A stretch of DNA of 64,000 bases from the IMG/VR virus record IMGVR_UViG_3300044213_000170, positions 81,401-145,400 of that record; one strand, written 5' to 3'. Position 1 is the stretch's first letter, and each line of letters opens with the position of its first letter. The notes below the pieces were generated by a model. The model made no database searches and was not told the DNA's origin. It saw only the letters and a program-made list of their open reading frames with translations. Positions 47,322-58,003 of the stretch are shown in pieces. A program made the position numbers and the translations under genes. Source of the DNA: a virus.

Positions 47322-50300
47322 TTATAAACCTGCCATACTTACGACGGACACCTTAATATTGCGAGCTTCTGTTAAGAACAATGTTAAGCGGTTAGAAGAA
47401 GTTTCTTCTACGCTTACAATATCGTTTCTCCAAGAACCATCGTCACGCTGTACTAAGATTGTGAACGTCACAAACGTTGCCCCCAAGTTATGGTTGATAA
47501 CGTGTGTTGTAGCAGCAGTTACTGACTGATATGTATAAATTAACGCATCGTAGTCAGAACGGATCTTAGCTTCTGCGGCTGTTGCACGATAAACTTCCGA
47601 ACTCAATGCAGTGCTGCTTGCTAACAAGTTGATTTCGCCTTGTAAGCTAGATTCAGCTGCTTGAGCACGTGAAACTTCACTTGCTAAGTCCGAAGAAACT
47701 ACCCTGATTGCAGAACTTAAACTGCTTTCAGCACCCTGTGCACGTGTTACCTCAACACCTAAGTTGTTTACTACAGAAGTAATGTTGTTCTGTAATGTAT
47801 ACTCAGCTGCTTGAGCACGTGTAACTTCGTTATTAACGTTAGTTTGTACTGTTGCGATACTATTAGCTAAACTTGTTTCAGCTGTAGTTGCACGGTTAAC
47901 TTCAGTTGTTAAATCGCTTGCTACGCCAGCAATATACCCTGCTAAACTGCTTTCGGCACTTTCAGCACGTGTTACTTCAGTGTCTAACTTAGACTGTACT
48001 GTTGCAACACTATTTGCTAAACTGCTTTCTGCTGTTTGAGCACGTGTAACTTCTGCGTTAATTGCGGAAGTATTATTGCTGATTAAACCAGCTAAACTTG
48101 TCTCGGCAGCTTTTGCGCGAGCAACTTCATTGCTGATATTTGTAGCATTTGTACTAATATCATATGTATTTGTTAATACATTTGCAGCAATGCTGTTTTC
48201 AGCGGATGTTGCACGACTTTGTTCAGCAGCAATCGAACTAGATAACGAACTTTCAGCGGCTTGTGCGCGGGCAATTTCGTCTGCCAATAATCTACTCGAA
48301 CCAGTATACAACTCATTGATTGCACTAACGATATTACTGTGAGCAGTTGTATCTAATAATGCTAAATCACCAATCTGAGACTGTAATGTACCTTCAGCTG
48401 TTGTGGCACGTGTTACTTCGTGATCAATGTTATTTTGTAATGTTGCTTCTGCGGCTTCTGCGCGAGTAGCTTCATTATTTACATTGGTCTGAACAGTAGA
48501 AATATCAGCAGCTAAACTTGTTTCTTCGGCTTTAGCACGAACAACCTCAGTTGCTAAATCAGCAGCTACACCGGACATCGAACTTGCTAAACTACTTTCA
48601 GCAGCTTTAGCACGAACAACTTCAGTATTTAAGTTAGTTTGAACTGTTGCAATAGCACCAGCTAAACTACTTTCTGCACGTTCAGCACGTGTTACTTCAG
48701 TATCTAAGTTAGATTGAACTGTTGCAACGCTATTTGCTAAACTGCTTTCTGCTGTTTCGGCACGTGTAACTTCGTTATTAATTGCAGTTGTATTACTTGC
48801 AATTAAACCAGCTAAACTTGTCTCAGCAGCATTTGCGCGGCTTACTTCAGCAGCTACTGTACCAGCGATACTTGCTTCTGCAGTTTGAGCACGTGTTACT
48901 TCTGCACTAATTGCGGCAGCATTTGAGCTATCACCAGCAATACGAGCAGTTGTTTCTGTGCTTAACTCACCAGCTAAACTTGTTTCCTCGGCTTTAGCAC
49001 GAACAACTTCAGTTGCTAAATCAGCAGATACACGGGAAATCGAACTTGCTAAACTGCTTTCAGCAGCTTCTGCACGAACAACTTCAGCACTTACTGTACC
49101 AGCAATACTTGTTTCAGCAGATTCTGCGCGAGCAGTTTCATTACTGATAGCTGTTACATTTAATGCAATAGCAGCAGCCATCGATGCATCGTCAATAGCA
49201 TTTTGTGCTTTCATTGCATAGTAATCTGTGCTTAATGCACTTAAATCACCAGCAATACTTGCTTCTGCGCCAGTTGCACGTGTTACTTCTGCGCTTACGC
49301 TAGATGCAATACTTGCTTCTGCATTCTGAGCACGTGAAACTTCTGCGCTAATTGCAGCAGCATTTGAGCTTTCAGCAGCTTCTGCACGAACAACTTCAGC
49401 ACTTACTGTACCGGCAATACTTGCTTCTGCAGCTTTGGCGCGGCTTACTTCGGCATCAATATTGTTTTGCAATGTTGTTTCCGCAGCTTCTGCACGAGCA
49501 GTTTCATTACTGATAGCTGTGTTAGTTGCAGCAACATTAGCAGAAATTGCTTGTTCAGCAGTTTGAGCACGTGTTACTTCAGCACTTAACTCACCAGCAA
49601 TACTTGTTTCGGCAGCTTTAGCGCGAACAACTTCAGCAGTTACTGTACCAGCAATACTTGCCTCTGCAGCAGTTGCACGATTTACTTCTGCACCAATTGC
49701 AGCAGTATTTGAGCTTTCTGCGGCTTTAGCGCGAACAACTTCAGCAGCTAATGCTGATGCATTTGAGCTGTCACCAGCAATACGAGCGTTAGTTTCTACA
49801 ACTAAATCACCAGCAATGCTTGTTTCAGCAGCTTTAGCACGAACAACTTCAGCACTTAACTCACTGGCAATACTTGTTTCGGCTGCTTTAGCACGAACAA
49901 TTTCAGCGCCTAAGTCACCAGCAATACTTACTTCAGCGGCTGTTGCACGGCTTACTTCAGCAGTTACTGTACCAGCAATACTTACTTCAGCGGCTGTTGC
50001 ACGGCTTACTTCAGCAGTTACTGTACCAGCAATGCTTGCTTCTGCGTGTTGAGCACGTGTTACTTCAGCAGCTAAGGCTGTTGCATTTGAGCTGTCACCA
50101 GCGATACGAGCGTTAGTTTCTACAACTAAATCACCAGCAATGCTTGTTTCAGCAGCTTTAGCACGAACAACTTCAGCACTTAACTCACCGGCAATACTTG
50201 CCTCGGCACCAGTTGCACGTGTTACTTCTGCGCTTACGCTAGATGCAATACTTGCTTCTGCATTTTGAGCACGAGTTGCTTCCGCAGCAGTTGCAGCAGC

Positions 50301-53300
50301 ATTTGAGCGTTCTGCGGCCATAGCACGTGTAACTTCTGCAGCCAATGCTGTTGCATTTGAGCTATCACCAGCAATACGAGCGTTAGTTTCTACAACTAAA
50401 TCACCAGCAATACTTGCTTCTGCGCCAGTTGCACGTGTCACTTCAGCACTTAGGTTTGCATCAATGCTTGTTTCGGCTGCTTTAGCACGAACAACTTCTG
50501 CACTTAAGTCACCAGCAATGCTTGTTTCAGCGGCTGTTGCACGGCTTACTTCAGCAGTTACTGTACCAGCAATGCTTGCTTCTGCGTGTTGAGCACGTGT
50601 AACTTCTGCACTTACGTTAGATGCAATGCTTGCTTCTGCAGCTGTTGCACGTGTAACTTCTGCAGCCAATGCTGTTGCATTTGAGCTATCACCAGCAATA
50701 CGAGCGTTAGTTTCTACAACTAAATCACCAGCAATACTTGCTTCTGCGCCAGTTGCACGAACAACTTCGGCACTTAAGTTACTTGCGATGGAATGTTCTG
50801 CAGATTGAGCTCTAAATACTTCAGTACTTAGATCGCTTGCAATGATTGCTTCTGCACTGGTAGCACGTGTAACTTCTGCGCTAATTGCAGCAGCATTTGA
50901 GCTTTCTGCAGCAGTTGCACGACTTACTTCAGCAGTTACTGTACCAGCAATGCTTGTCTCAGCAGCTTTAGCGCGGCTTACTTCTGATGTTAAATCGCTT
51001 GCAATGCTTACTTCTGCAGCAGTTGCACGACTTACTTCAGCAGTTACTGTACCAGCAATGCTTGTTTCAGCAGCCTTAGCACGAACAACTTCAGCACTTA
51101 AGTCACCAGCAATACTTGTTTCGGCGGCTTTGGCACGAACAACTTCAGCACTTAAGTTACTTGCAATACTTGTTTCTGCAGTATGAGCACGTGTTGCTTC
51201 TGCACTGATTGCAGCAGCATTTGAGCTTTCTGCGGCCATAGCACGTGTAACTTCTGCAGCCAATGCTGTTGCATTTGAGCTGTCACCTGCGATACGAGCG
51301 TTGGTTTCGATTACTAAATCGCTTGCAATGCTTGCTTCTGCACCAGTTGCACGACTTACTTCAGCAGTTACTGTACCAGCAATACTTGTTTCGGCGGCTT
51401 TGGCACGAACAACTTCAGCACCTAAGTCACCAGCAATGCTTACTTCTGCAGCAGTTGCACGACTTACTTCAGCAGTTACTGTACCAGCAATGCTTGTCTC
51501 AGCAGCTTTAGCGCGGCTTACTTCTGATGTTAAATCGCTTGCAATACTTGTTTCTGCGGTATGAGCACGTGTTGCTTCTGCGCTAATTGCAGCAGCATTT
51601 GAGCTGTCACCTGCGATACGAGCGTTGGTTTCGATTACTAAATCGCTTGCAATACTTGCTTCTGCAGCTTTGGCGCGGCTTACTTCAGCAGTTACTGTAC
51701 CGGCAATGCTTACTTCTGCAGCAGTTGCACGACTTACTTCAGCAGTTACTGTACCAGCAATGCTTGTCTCAGCAGCTTTAGCGCGGCTTACTTCTGATGT
51801 TAAATCGCTTGCAATGCTTGATTCAGCAATTTGAGCACGATTAGCTTCTGCGATAATTGCAGTATTTAAGCTGCTTTCCGCTGTCTGAGCACGTGTTACT
51901 TCAGCAGCTAATGCTGTTGCATTTGAGCTGTCACCTGCGATACGAGCGTTGGTTTCTACAACTAAATCGCCTACAATGCTTGCTTCTGCAGCTTTGGCGC
52001 GAGCAATCTCGACTGCTAATCCTGTATCGTGTTCTAATGTGTAGATACGAGCATCTAAGCTGCTTTCTACATTTTCAGCACGAGCAACTTCAGTATTTAA
52101 GTTAGTTTGAACGGTTGCGATAGCACCAGCTAAACTACTTTCGGCGCCTGTAGCACGTGTAACTTCTGCACTTAAACCAGCGGCAATACTGCTTTCTGCA
52201 GCTTTGGCACGTGTAACTTCTGCGGCAATACTGTTAGCTAAACTTGTAGATAAGTTACTAATTGCACCAGCAAAACTACTGTCGGCAGCATTGAAGTAAG
52301 ATACAATTTCAGTCAAGCTGTCTATTGCAGCAGGGTCTGTGTTGCTTACGATAAAGTCAATACGCTTGCTTAAACTTAATTCAGCAGCAGTTGCACGACT
52401 TACTTCAGCAGTTACTGTACCAGCAATGCTTGTTTCTGCGGCTTTAGCACGTGTTACTTCTGCACTTAAGTCACCAGCAATACTTGCTTCTGCAGCAGTT
52501 GCACGACTTACTTCAGCAGTTACTGTACCAGCAATGCTTGTTTCTGCGGATTTAGCACGTGTTACTTCTGTTGTTAAATCGCTTGCGATACTTGTTTCTG
52601 CGGTATGAGCACGTGTTGCTTCTGCACTGATTGCAGCAGCATTTGAGCTTTCTGCAGCCATTGCGCGAGTAACTTCTGCGGCCAATGCTGTTGCATTTGA
52701 GCTGTCGCCAGCGATGCGGGCATTTGTTTCTACAACTAAATCACTAGCAATGCTTGTCTCAGCAGCTTTAGCGCGGCTTACTTCTGATGTTAAATCGCCT
52801 ACAATGCTTGCTTCTGCAGCAGTTGCACGACTTACTTCAGCAGTTACTGTACCAGCAATGCTTGTTTCTGCGGCTTTAGCACGTGTTACTTCGGCACTTA
52901 AATCACTTGCGATACTTGTTTCTGCATTTTGAGCACGTGTTGCTTCTGCACTGATTGCAGCATTTAAACTACTTTCAGCAGTCCGGGCACGTGTAACTTC
53001 TGCAGCCAATGCTGTTGCATTTGAGCTGTCACCAGCAATGCGGGCATTTGTTTCTACAACTAAATCACCTGCGATGCTTGCTTCTGCACCAGTTGCGCGA
53101 ATAACTTCTGCACTAATTGCAGCAGCATTTGAGCTTTCTGCAGCTTTAGCACGTGTTACTTCAGCACTTAAATCACCAGCAATACTTGCTTCTGCGCCAG
53201 TTGCACGTGTTACTTCTGCGCTTACGCTAGATGCAATACTTGCTTCTGCATTCTGAGCACGTGTAACTTCTGCGCTAATTGCAGCAGCATTTGAGCTTTC

Positions 53301-56300
53301 TGCGGCTTTAGCACGTGTAACTTCTGCAGCCAATGCTGTTGCATTTGAGCTGTCACCAGCAATACGAGCGTTAGTTTCTACAACTAAATCGCCTACAATG
53401 CTTGCTTCTGCAGCAGTTGCACGACTTACTTCAGCAGTTACTGTACCAGCAATGCTTGTTTCTGCGGCTTTAGCACGTGTTACTTCGGCACTTAAATCAC
53501 TTGCGATACTTGTTTCTGCATTTTGAGCACGTGTTGCTTCTGCACTGATTGCAGCAGCATTTGAGCTATCACCAGCGATGCGGGCTGTTATCTCTGTGCT
53601 TAAATTGCTAGCAATACTTGCTTCTGCATTTTGAGCACGTGTTGCTTCTGCGGCCAATGCGGCAGCATTTGAGCTATCACCGGCGATACGAGCGTTGGTT
53701 TCTACAACTAAATCGCCTACAATGCTTGCTTCTGCAGCAGTTGCACGACTTACTTCAGCAGTTACTGTACCAGCAATACTTGCCTCAGCACCAGTTGCAC
53801 GTGTTACTTCAGCTCTTAGGTTTGCAGCAATGCTTGCTTCTGCAGCTGTTGCACGTGTAACTTCAGCACTAATTGCAGCGGTATTCGAACCTTCTGCGGC
53901 TTTAGCACGTGTTACTTCAGCACTTAAGTCACCAGCAATACTTGCTTCAGCAGCAGTTGCACGGTTTACTTCAGCAGCTACTGTACCAGCGATACTTGCT
54001 TCTGCGCCAGTTGCACGTGTTACTTCTGCGCTTACGCTAGATGCAATACTTGCTTCTGCATTCTGAGCACGTGTAACTTCTGCGCTAATTGCAGCAGCAT
54101 TTGAGCTTTCTGCGGCTTTAGCGCGAACAACTTCAGCAGCTAATGCTGATGCATTTGAGCTATCGCCTGCGATACGAGCGGCAGCTTCAGCATCAATATT
54201 ACTTTGTAATGTTGTTTCTGCGGCTTTAGCACGTGTTACTTCAGCACTTAAATCACCAGCAATACTTGTTTCGGCAGCTTTAGCGCGAACAACTTCAGCA
54301 GTTACTGTACCAGCAATACTTGCCTCTGCACCAGTTGCACGATTTACTTCAGCAGTTACTGTACCAGCAATGCTTGCTTCTGCGCCAGTTGCACGAACAA
54401 CTTCAGCAGTTACTGCACCAGAAATGCTTACTTCAGCGGCTGTTGCGCGGCTTACTTCTGCACTGATTGCAGCGGCATTTGAGCTTTCTGCAGCTTTAGC
54501 ACGTGTTACTTCAGCACTTAAATCACCAGCAATGCTTGCTTCTGCGCCAGTTGCACGAACAACTTCAGCACTTAAGTTGCTTGCAATACTTGCTTCTGCA
54601 GCTTTAGCACGTGTAACTTCTGCAGCTAATGCTGATGCATTTGAGCTGTCGCCAGCAATACGAGCTGCTGTTTCTGTACTTAAATCACTTGCAATACTTG
54701 CTTCTGCAGCTTTGGCACGTGTAACTTCTGCAGCTAATGCTGATGCATTTGAGCTGTCGCCAGCAATACGAGCTGCTGTTTCTGTACTTAAATCACTTGC
54801 AATACTTGCTTCTGCGCCAGTTGCACGTGTCACTTCAGCACTTAGGTTTGCATCAATGCTTGTTTCGGCTGCTTTAGCACGAGCAACTTCAGCAGTTACT
54901 GTACCAGCAATACTTGCCTCAGCACCAGTTGCACGAACAACTTCAGCACTTAAATCACTTGCAATACTTGTTTCGGCTTGTTCAGCGCGACGTGTTTCGT
55001 TGGCAATATTTGTAGCATTTAGTGCAACGTTTGCAGATATTAAACCTTCTGCTGTTGTAGCACGATTTACTTCGTTACTAATATCTGTTGCATTTGTAGC
55101 AATTAATGCAGCTAAACTTGTTTCTTCTGTCGAAGCACGATTTACTTCTGTTGTTAAGTTACTTGCTACAGTATTGATACTTACACCTAAACTGCCTTCG
55201 GCTGCGTATGCACGGCTTACTTCTGCGGCTAATGCAGCAGCGTTTGAGCTATCACCAGCAATACGAGCTGCTGTTTCTGTGCTTAAGTCTCTAGCAATGC
55301 TTGTTTCAGCTGCTTTAGCGCGGCTTACTTCAGAGCTTAAATCACTTGCAACACTAGACTCAGCTGCTTTGGCGCGAGCAACTTCAGCGGCTAAATCACC
55401 AGCCAAACTGCTTTCTGCTGTCTCGGCACGTGCAACTTCGTTATTAATTGCAGTTGTATTACTTGTAATTAAACCAGCTAAACTTGTTTCGGCAGTATGT
55501 GCACGTGCAACTTCTGTTGCCAAGTCAGCGGCTACGCCGGCTAAACTTGTAGAAATTACGCCTTCGGCTGCTTTAGCACGATTTACTTCTGATGTTAAAT
55601 CAGCAGCAATATTACTTTCAGCGGCTTCTGCACGACTTTGTTCTGCATTAATTGCATGTGTGACGTCGGTATTGATGTTATCAATACGTGTACTTAAACT
55701 ACCTTCTGCGCTAGTTGCACGAGCTACTTCGCTTGCTAAATCTGCTGCAACACTAGATAAACTAGAGCTAATTGCAGATTCTTCAGCCGATGCACGAGCA
55801 GTTTCGTTAGAAATTGCGGTTGCATTTGAAGCAATAGCAGCAGCCATCGATGCATCATCAATGGTATTTTGTGCTTTCATTGCATAGTAATCTGTACTTA
55901 ATGCACTTAAATCACCAGCAATACTTGCTTCTGCGCCAGTTGCGCGGCTTACTTCTTTGTTTACATTGTTTTGTACTGTTGCGATAGAACCAGCTAAACT
56001 ACGTTCGGCAGTTTCTGCACGTGTAGTTTCTGTATCTAAGTTAGACTGAACAGTATAGATATTTGTTTGCAATGTTGTTTCTGCGTGTTCTGCGCGAGCA
56101 GTTTCATTGCTAATATCTGTTGCATTTGTATTAATTTGTGCTTGTAAGCTAGAATCTTCAGTAATACGAGCATTTGTCTCTGTTACCAAATCAGCAGCTA
56201 CAGTAGCAATAGCGGCAGCATTTGTACTGTCACCTGCGATACGAGCACTAGTTTCTGTGTTTAAATTGCTAGCAACGGTAGCAATATAACCATCTAAGCT

Positions 56301-57581
56301 GCTTTCTGCTGTTTGAGCGCGAGTAACTTCTGTTGCCAAGTCAGCGGCTACGCCGGCTAAACTTGTAGAAATTACGCCTTCGGCTGCTTTAGCACGAGCG
56401 ACTTCAGCATCAACACTAGTTTGTACTGTTGCAATAGCACCAGACAAACTTGTCTCTGCCAATTTAGCACGATGTACTTCTGTTGTTAAATCGTTAGCAA
56501 CACCAATAGTAGCACTAGCCAAGCTGCTTTCAGCTGTCTGTGCACGTGATGTTTCTGCTGTTAAGTTATTAGAAACTGTTGCGATATAACCATCTAAACT
56601 ACTTTCTGCAGCTTCTGCGCGAGCAGTTTCGTTGCTTAAGTCGGTATTTAAATTGTCAATATGTGTTTGTAATGTTGTCTCAGCAGCTTGAGCACGACTT
56701 ACTTCATTTGCAATGTTAGTTGCATTTGTATTAATTTGTGTTTGTAGGCTGGCTTCAACACTAGTTGCACGATTAACTTCAGAAGCTAAATCGCTTGCAA
56801 CACTGCTAATACTTGTACCCAATGCTGATTCAGCATTTTGAGCACGTGTTTTTTCAGTAGCAATGCTAGCTGCTAAACTTGTCTGAGCAGATGCTAAATC
56901 ACTAGCAATACTCGATTCAGCTGCTTGTGCACGGCTTACTTCTGTATTCAATGCAGTTTGGTCTGCTTTTAATGCAATAGCTGCGGCATTTGAGCTGTCA
57001 CCAGCGATACGAGCAGTAGTTTCTGTGCTGATTGCACTTTGTAAACTTGTTACTGCGGTATTTAATGCACTTGCTAAACTGCTATCACCAGCAATGCGGT
57101 TTGCAGTTTCTGTAGCTAAATCACCAGCTAAACTGCTGTCGCCAGCAACACGAGCTGTTGTTTCAGTACTGATTGCACTAGTTAAACTACTAACAGCCGA
57201 CGTCAAGTTTGCTTGTACAGAAGTAATCATTCCTGTAATTGTAGTTGCAAAATGCGGGTCGTCGTTTAATGCTCTAGCTAGTTCATTTAATGTGTTCAAT
57301 AAATTTGGTGCGCTATCTACTAATTTGGCAATCTGAGCATCAGTATAGTGTTCTGCATCTAACAACGCTTGTGCAACGTCTGCGGATACAATGAAATCTA
57401 CAATGATAACCTGACTTAAACCATTTAAAGTTGAATAACGCAATTTCTTGTCCGTGGTATTAAACCAAATGCGGCCTGGTTGAACTGAACTTGGATCGCT
57501 GGCTAAACTTTCAACGATCAAATTCTCTGCCCAACCGTTATCCGCTAGTGTAATACCATGAATAATCGGGAATTGTGCCAT
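47322..57581 (-). CDS. Giant coiled-coil fibre protein (3419 aa)
   Basis: Repeats such as AEVTRAKAAEASIAGDLS and ETNARIAGDSSNA; phage-fibre motif LVDSAPNLLNTLNELARALNDDPHF. Confidence 0.88.
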   Translation of the reverse strand: MAQFPIIHGITLADNGWAENLIVESLASDPSSVQPGRIWFNTTDKKLRYSTLNGLSQVIIVDFIVSADVAQALLDAEHYTDAQIAKLVDSAPNLLNTLNELARALNDDPHFATTITGMITSVQANLTSAVSSLTSAISTETTARVAGDSSLAGDLATETANRIAGDSSLASALNTAVTSLQSAISTETTARIAGDSSNAAAIALKADQTALNTEVSRAQAAESSIASDLASAQTSLAASIATEKTRAQNAESALGTSISSVASDLASEVNRATSVEASLQTQINTNATNIANEVSRAQAAETTLQTHIDNLNTDLSNETARAEAAESSLDGYIATVSNNLTAETSRAQTAESSLASATIGVANDLTTEVHRAKLAETSLSGAIATVQTSVDAEVARAKAAEGVISTSLAGVAADLATEVTRAQTAESSLDGYIATVASNLNTETSARIAGDSTNAAAIATVAADLVTETNARITEDSSLQAQINTNATDISNETARAEHAETTLQTNIYTVQSNLDTETTRAETAERSLAGSIATVQNNVNKEVSRATGAEASIAGDLSALSTDYYAMKAQNTIDDASMAAAIASNATAISNETARASAEESAISSSLSSVAADLASEVARATSAEGSLSTRIDNINTDVTHAINAEQSRAEAAESNIAADLTSEVNRAKAAEGVISTSLAGVAADLATEVARAHTAETSLAGLITSNTTAINNEVARAETAESSLAGDLAAEVARAKAAESSVASDLSSEVSRAKAAETSIARDLSTETAARIAGDSSNAAALAAEVSRAYAAEGSLGVSINTVASNLTTEVNRASTEETSLAALIATNATDISNEVNRATTAEGLISANVALNATNIANETRRAEQAETSIASDLSAEVVRATGAEASIAGTVTAEVARAKAAETSIDANLSAEVTRATGAEASIASDLSTETAARIAGDSSNASALAAEVTRAKAAEASIASDLSTETAARIAGDSSNASALAAEVTRAKAAEASIASNLSAEVVRATGAEASIAGDLSAEVTRAKAAESSNAAAISAEVSRATAAEVSISGAVTAEVVRATGAEASIAGTVTAEVNRATGAEASIAGTVTAEVVRAKAAETSIAGDLSAEVTRAKAAETTLQSNIDAEAAARIAGDSSNASALAAEVVRAKAAESSNAAAISAEVTRAQNAEASIASSVSAEVTRATGAEASIAGTVAAEVNRATAAEASIAGDLSAEVTRAKAAEGSNTAAISAEVTRATAAEASIAANLRAEVTRATGAEASIAGTVTAEVSRATAAEASIVGDLVVETNARIAGDSSNAAALAAEATRAQNAEASIASNLSTEITARIAGDSSNAAAISAEATRAQNAETSIASDLSAEVTRAKAAETSIAGTVTAEVSRATAAEASIVGDLVVETNARIAGDSSNATALAAEVTRAKAAESSNAAAISAEVTRAQNAEASIASSVSAEVTRATGAEASIAGDLSAEVTRAKAAESSNAAAISAEVIRATGAEASIAGDLVVETNARIAGDSSNATALAAEVTRARTAESSLNAAISAEATRAQNAETSIASDLSAEVTRAKAAETSIAGTVTAEVSRATAAEASIVGDLTSEVSRAKAAETSIASDLVVETNARIAGDSSNATALAAEVTRAMAAESSNAAAISAEATRAHTAETSIASDLTTEVTRAKSAETSIAGTVTAEVSRATAAEASIAGDLSAEVTRAKAAETSIAGTVTAEVSRATAAELSLSKRIDFIVSNTDPAAIDSLTEIVSYFNAADSSFAGAISNLSTSLANSIAAEVTRAKAAESSIAAGLSAEVTRATGAESSLAGAIATVQTNLNTEVARAENVESSLDARIYTLEHDTGLAVEIARAKAAEASIVGDLVVETNARIAGDSSNATALAAEVTRAQTAESSLNTAIIAEANRAQIAESSIASDLTSEVSRAKAAETSIAGTVTAEVSRATAAEVSIAGTVTAEVSRAKAAEASIASDLVIETNARIAGDSSNAAAISAEATRAHTAETSIASDLTSEVSRAKAAETSIAGTVTAEVSRATAAEVSIAGDLGAEVVRAKAAETSIAGTVTAEVSRATGAEASIASDLVIETNARIAGDSSNATALAAEVTRAMAAESSNAAAISAEATRAHTAETSIASNLSAEVVRAKAAETSIAGDLSAEVVRAKAAETSIAGTVTAEVSRATAAEVSIASDLTSEVSRAKAAETSIAGTVTAEVSRATAAESSNAAAISAEVTRATSAEAIIASDLSTEVFRAQSAEHSIASNLSAEVVRATGAEASIAGDLVVETNARIAGDSSNATALAAEVTRATAAEASIASNVSAEVTRAQHAEASIAGTVTAEVSRATAAETSIAGDLSAEVVRAKAAETSIDANLSAEVTRATGAEASIAGDLVVETNARIAGDSSNATALAAEVTRAMAAERSNAAATAAEATRAQNAEASIASSVSAEVTRATGAEASIAGELSAEVVRAKAAETSIAGDLVVETNARIAGDSSNATALAAEVTRAQHAEASIAGTVTAEVSRATAAEVSIAGTVTAEVSRATAAEVSIAGDLGAEIVRAKAAETSIASELSAEVVRAKAAETSIAGDLVVETNARIAGDSSNASALAAEVVRAKAAESSNTAAIGAEVNRATAAEASIAGTVTAEVVRAKAAETSIAGELSAEVTRAQTAEQAISANVAATNTAISNETARAEAAETTLQNNIDAEVSRAKAAEASIAGTVSAEVVRAEAAESSNAAAISAEVSRAQNAEASIASSVSAEVTRATGAEASIAGDLSALSTDYYAMKAQNAIDDASMAAAIALNVTAISNETARAESAETSIAGTVSAEVVRAEAAESSLASSISRVSADLATEVVRAKAEETSLAGELSTETTARIAGDSSNAAAISAEVTRAQTAEASIAGTVAAEVSRANAAETSLAGLIASNTTAINNEVTRAETAESSLANSVATVQSNLDTEVTRAERAESSLAGAIATVQTNLNTEVVRAKAAESSLASSMSGVAADLATEVVRAKAEETSLAADISTVQTNVNNEATRAEAAEATLQNNIDHEVTRATTAEGTLQSQIGDLALLDTTAHSNIVSAINELYTGSSRLLADEIARAQAAESSLSSSIAAEQSRATSAENSIAANVLTNTYDISTNATNISNEVARAKAAETSLAGLISNNTSAINAEVTRAQTAESSLANSVATVQSKLDTEVTRAESAESSLAGYIAGVASDLTTEVNRATTAETSLANSIATVQTNVNNEVTRAQAAEYTLQNNITSVVNNLGVEVTRAQGAESSLSSAIRVVSSDLASEVSRAQAAESSLQGEINLLASSTALSSEVYRATAAEAKIRSDYDALIYTYQSVTAATTHVINHNLGATFVTFTILVQRDDGSWRNDIVSVEETSSNRLTLFLTEARNIKVSVVSMAGL
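47570..57160 (-). repeat. Degenerate 54-bp (18-aa) and 75-bp (25-aa) coding repeats
   Basis: E-x-x-R-A-x-x-A-E motif recurring at 18- or 25-residue spacing. Confidence 0.9.
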
Positions 57582-57788
57582 TTTTAAATGTTAACTTTCT
57601 TAAAATTTATTAATACTTGTAATACAGGAGAATGTATTACAAATAAAAAAAACCTGGTGCATATTAAACTGATTTTAATACACAGCAGATCTACTTCTCT
57701 ACGCTTCTCATCTCATATCTAAGTATTTACCGTTTTTTATGAGAAATAATAGCGTAGCATTAAATTTTGAATGTTTTATTTTAAGAAA

Positions 57789-57998
57789 TTATGGTCTTTT
57801 TATAAATTGTTTTAAGGTTAAAAGTTCTCGGTCAACTAATAAGGCTTCGCTGTTACTATGAAATATTCTCCATTCTGTTTCCGATTTATCGGTTTCAAAA
57901 ACAAATGAGTCGACGCTAACATTAACTAGTTTGCATCCTTTTGCTTTAAGGTATGCAGCTAAATGTAGTTCTTTTACTGAAATTTTTATTGTTGTCAT
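57789..57998 (-). CDS. Small protein, DUF5659-like
   Basis: ELHLAAYLKAKG..L......FVF. Confidence 0.55.
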   Translation of the reverse strand: MTTIKISVKELHLAAYLKAKGCKLVNVSVDSFVFETDKSETEWRIFHSNSEALLVDRELLTLKQFIKRP

Positions 57999-58003
57999 TG
58001 TTT

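Noticed and set aside
41945-57160. Repeat arrays as CRISPR or a diversity-generating retroelement
   Set aside because: Repeats are in-frame coding units without unique spacers; no cas or reverse transcriptase genes are present.
47322-57581. Tape measure protein
   Set aside because: It has fibre-type motifs and terminal domains shared with neighbouring fibre genes, and no TM or lytic segments.
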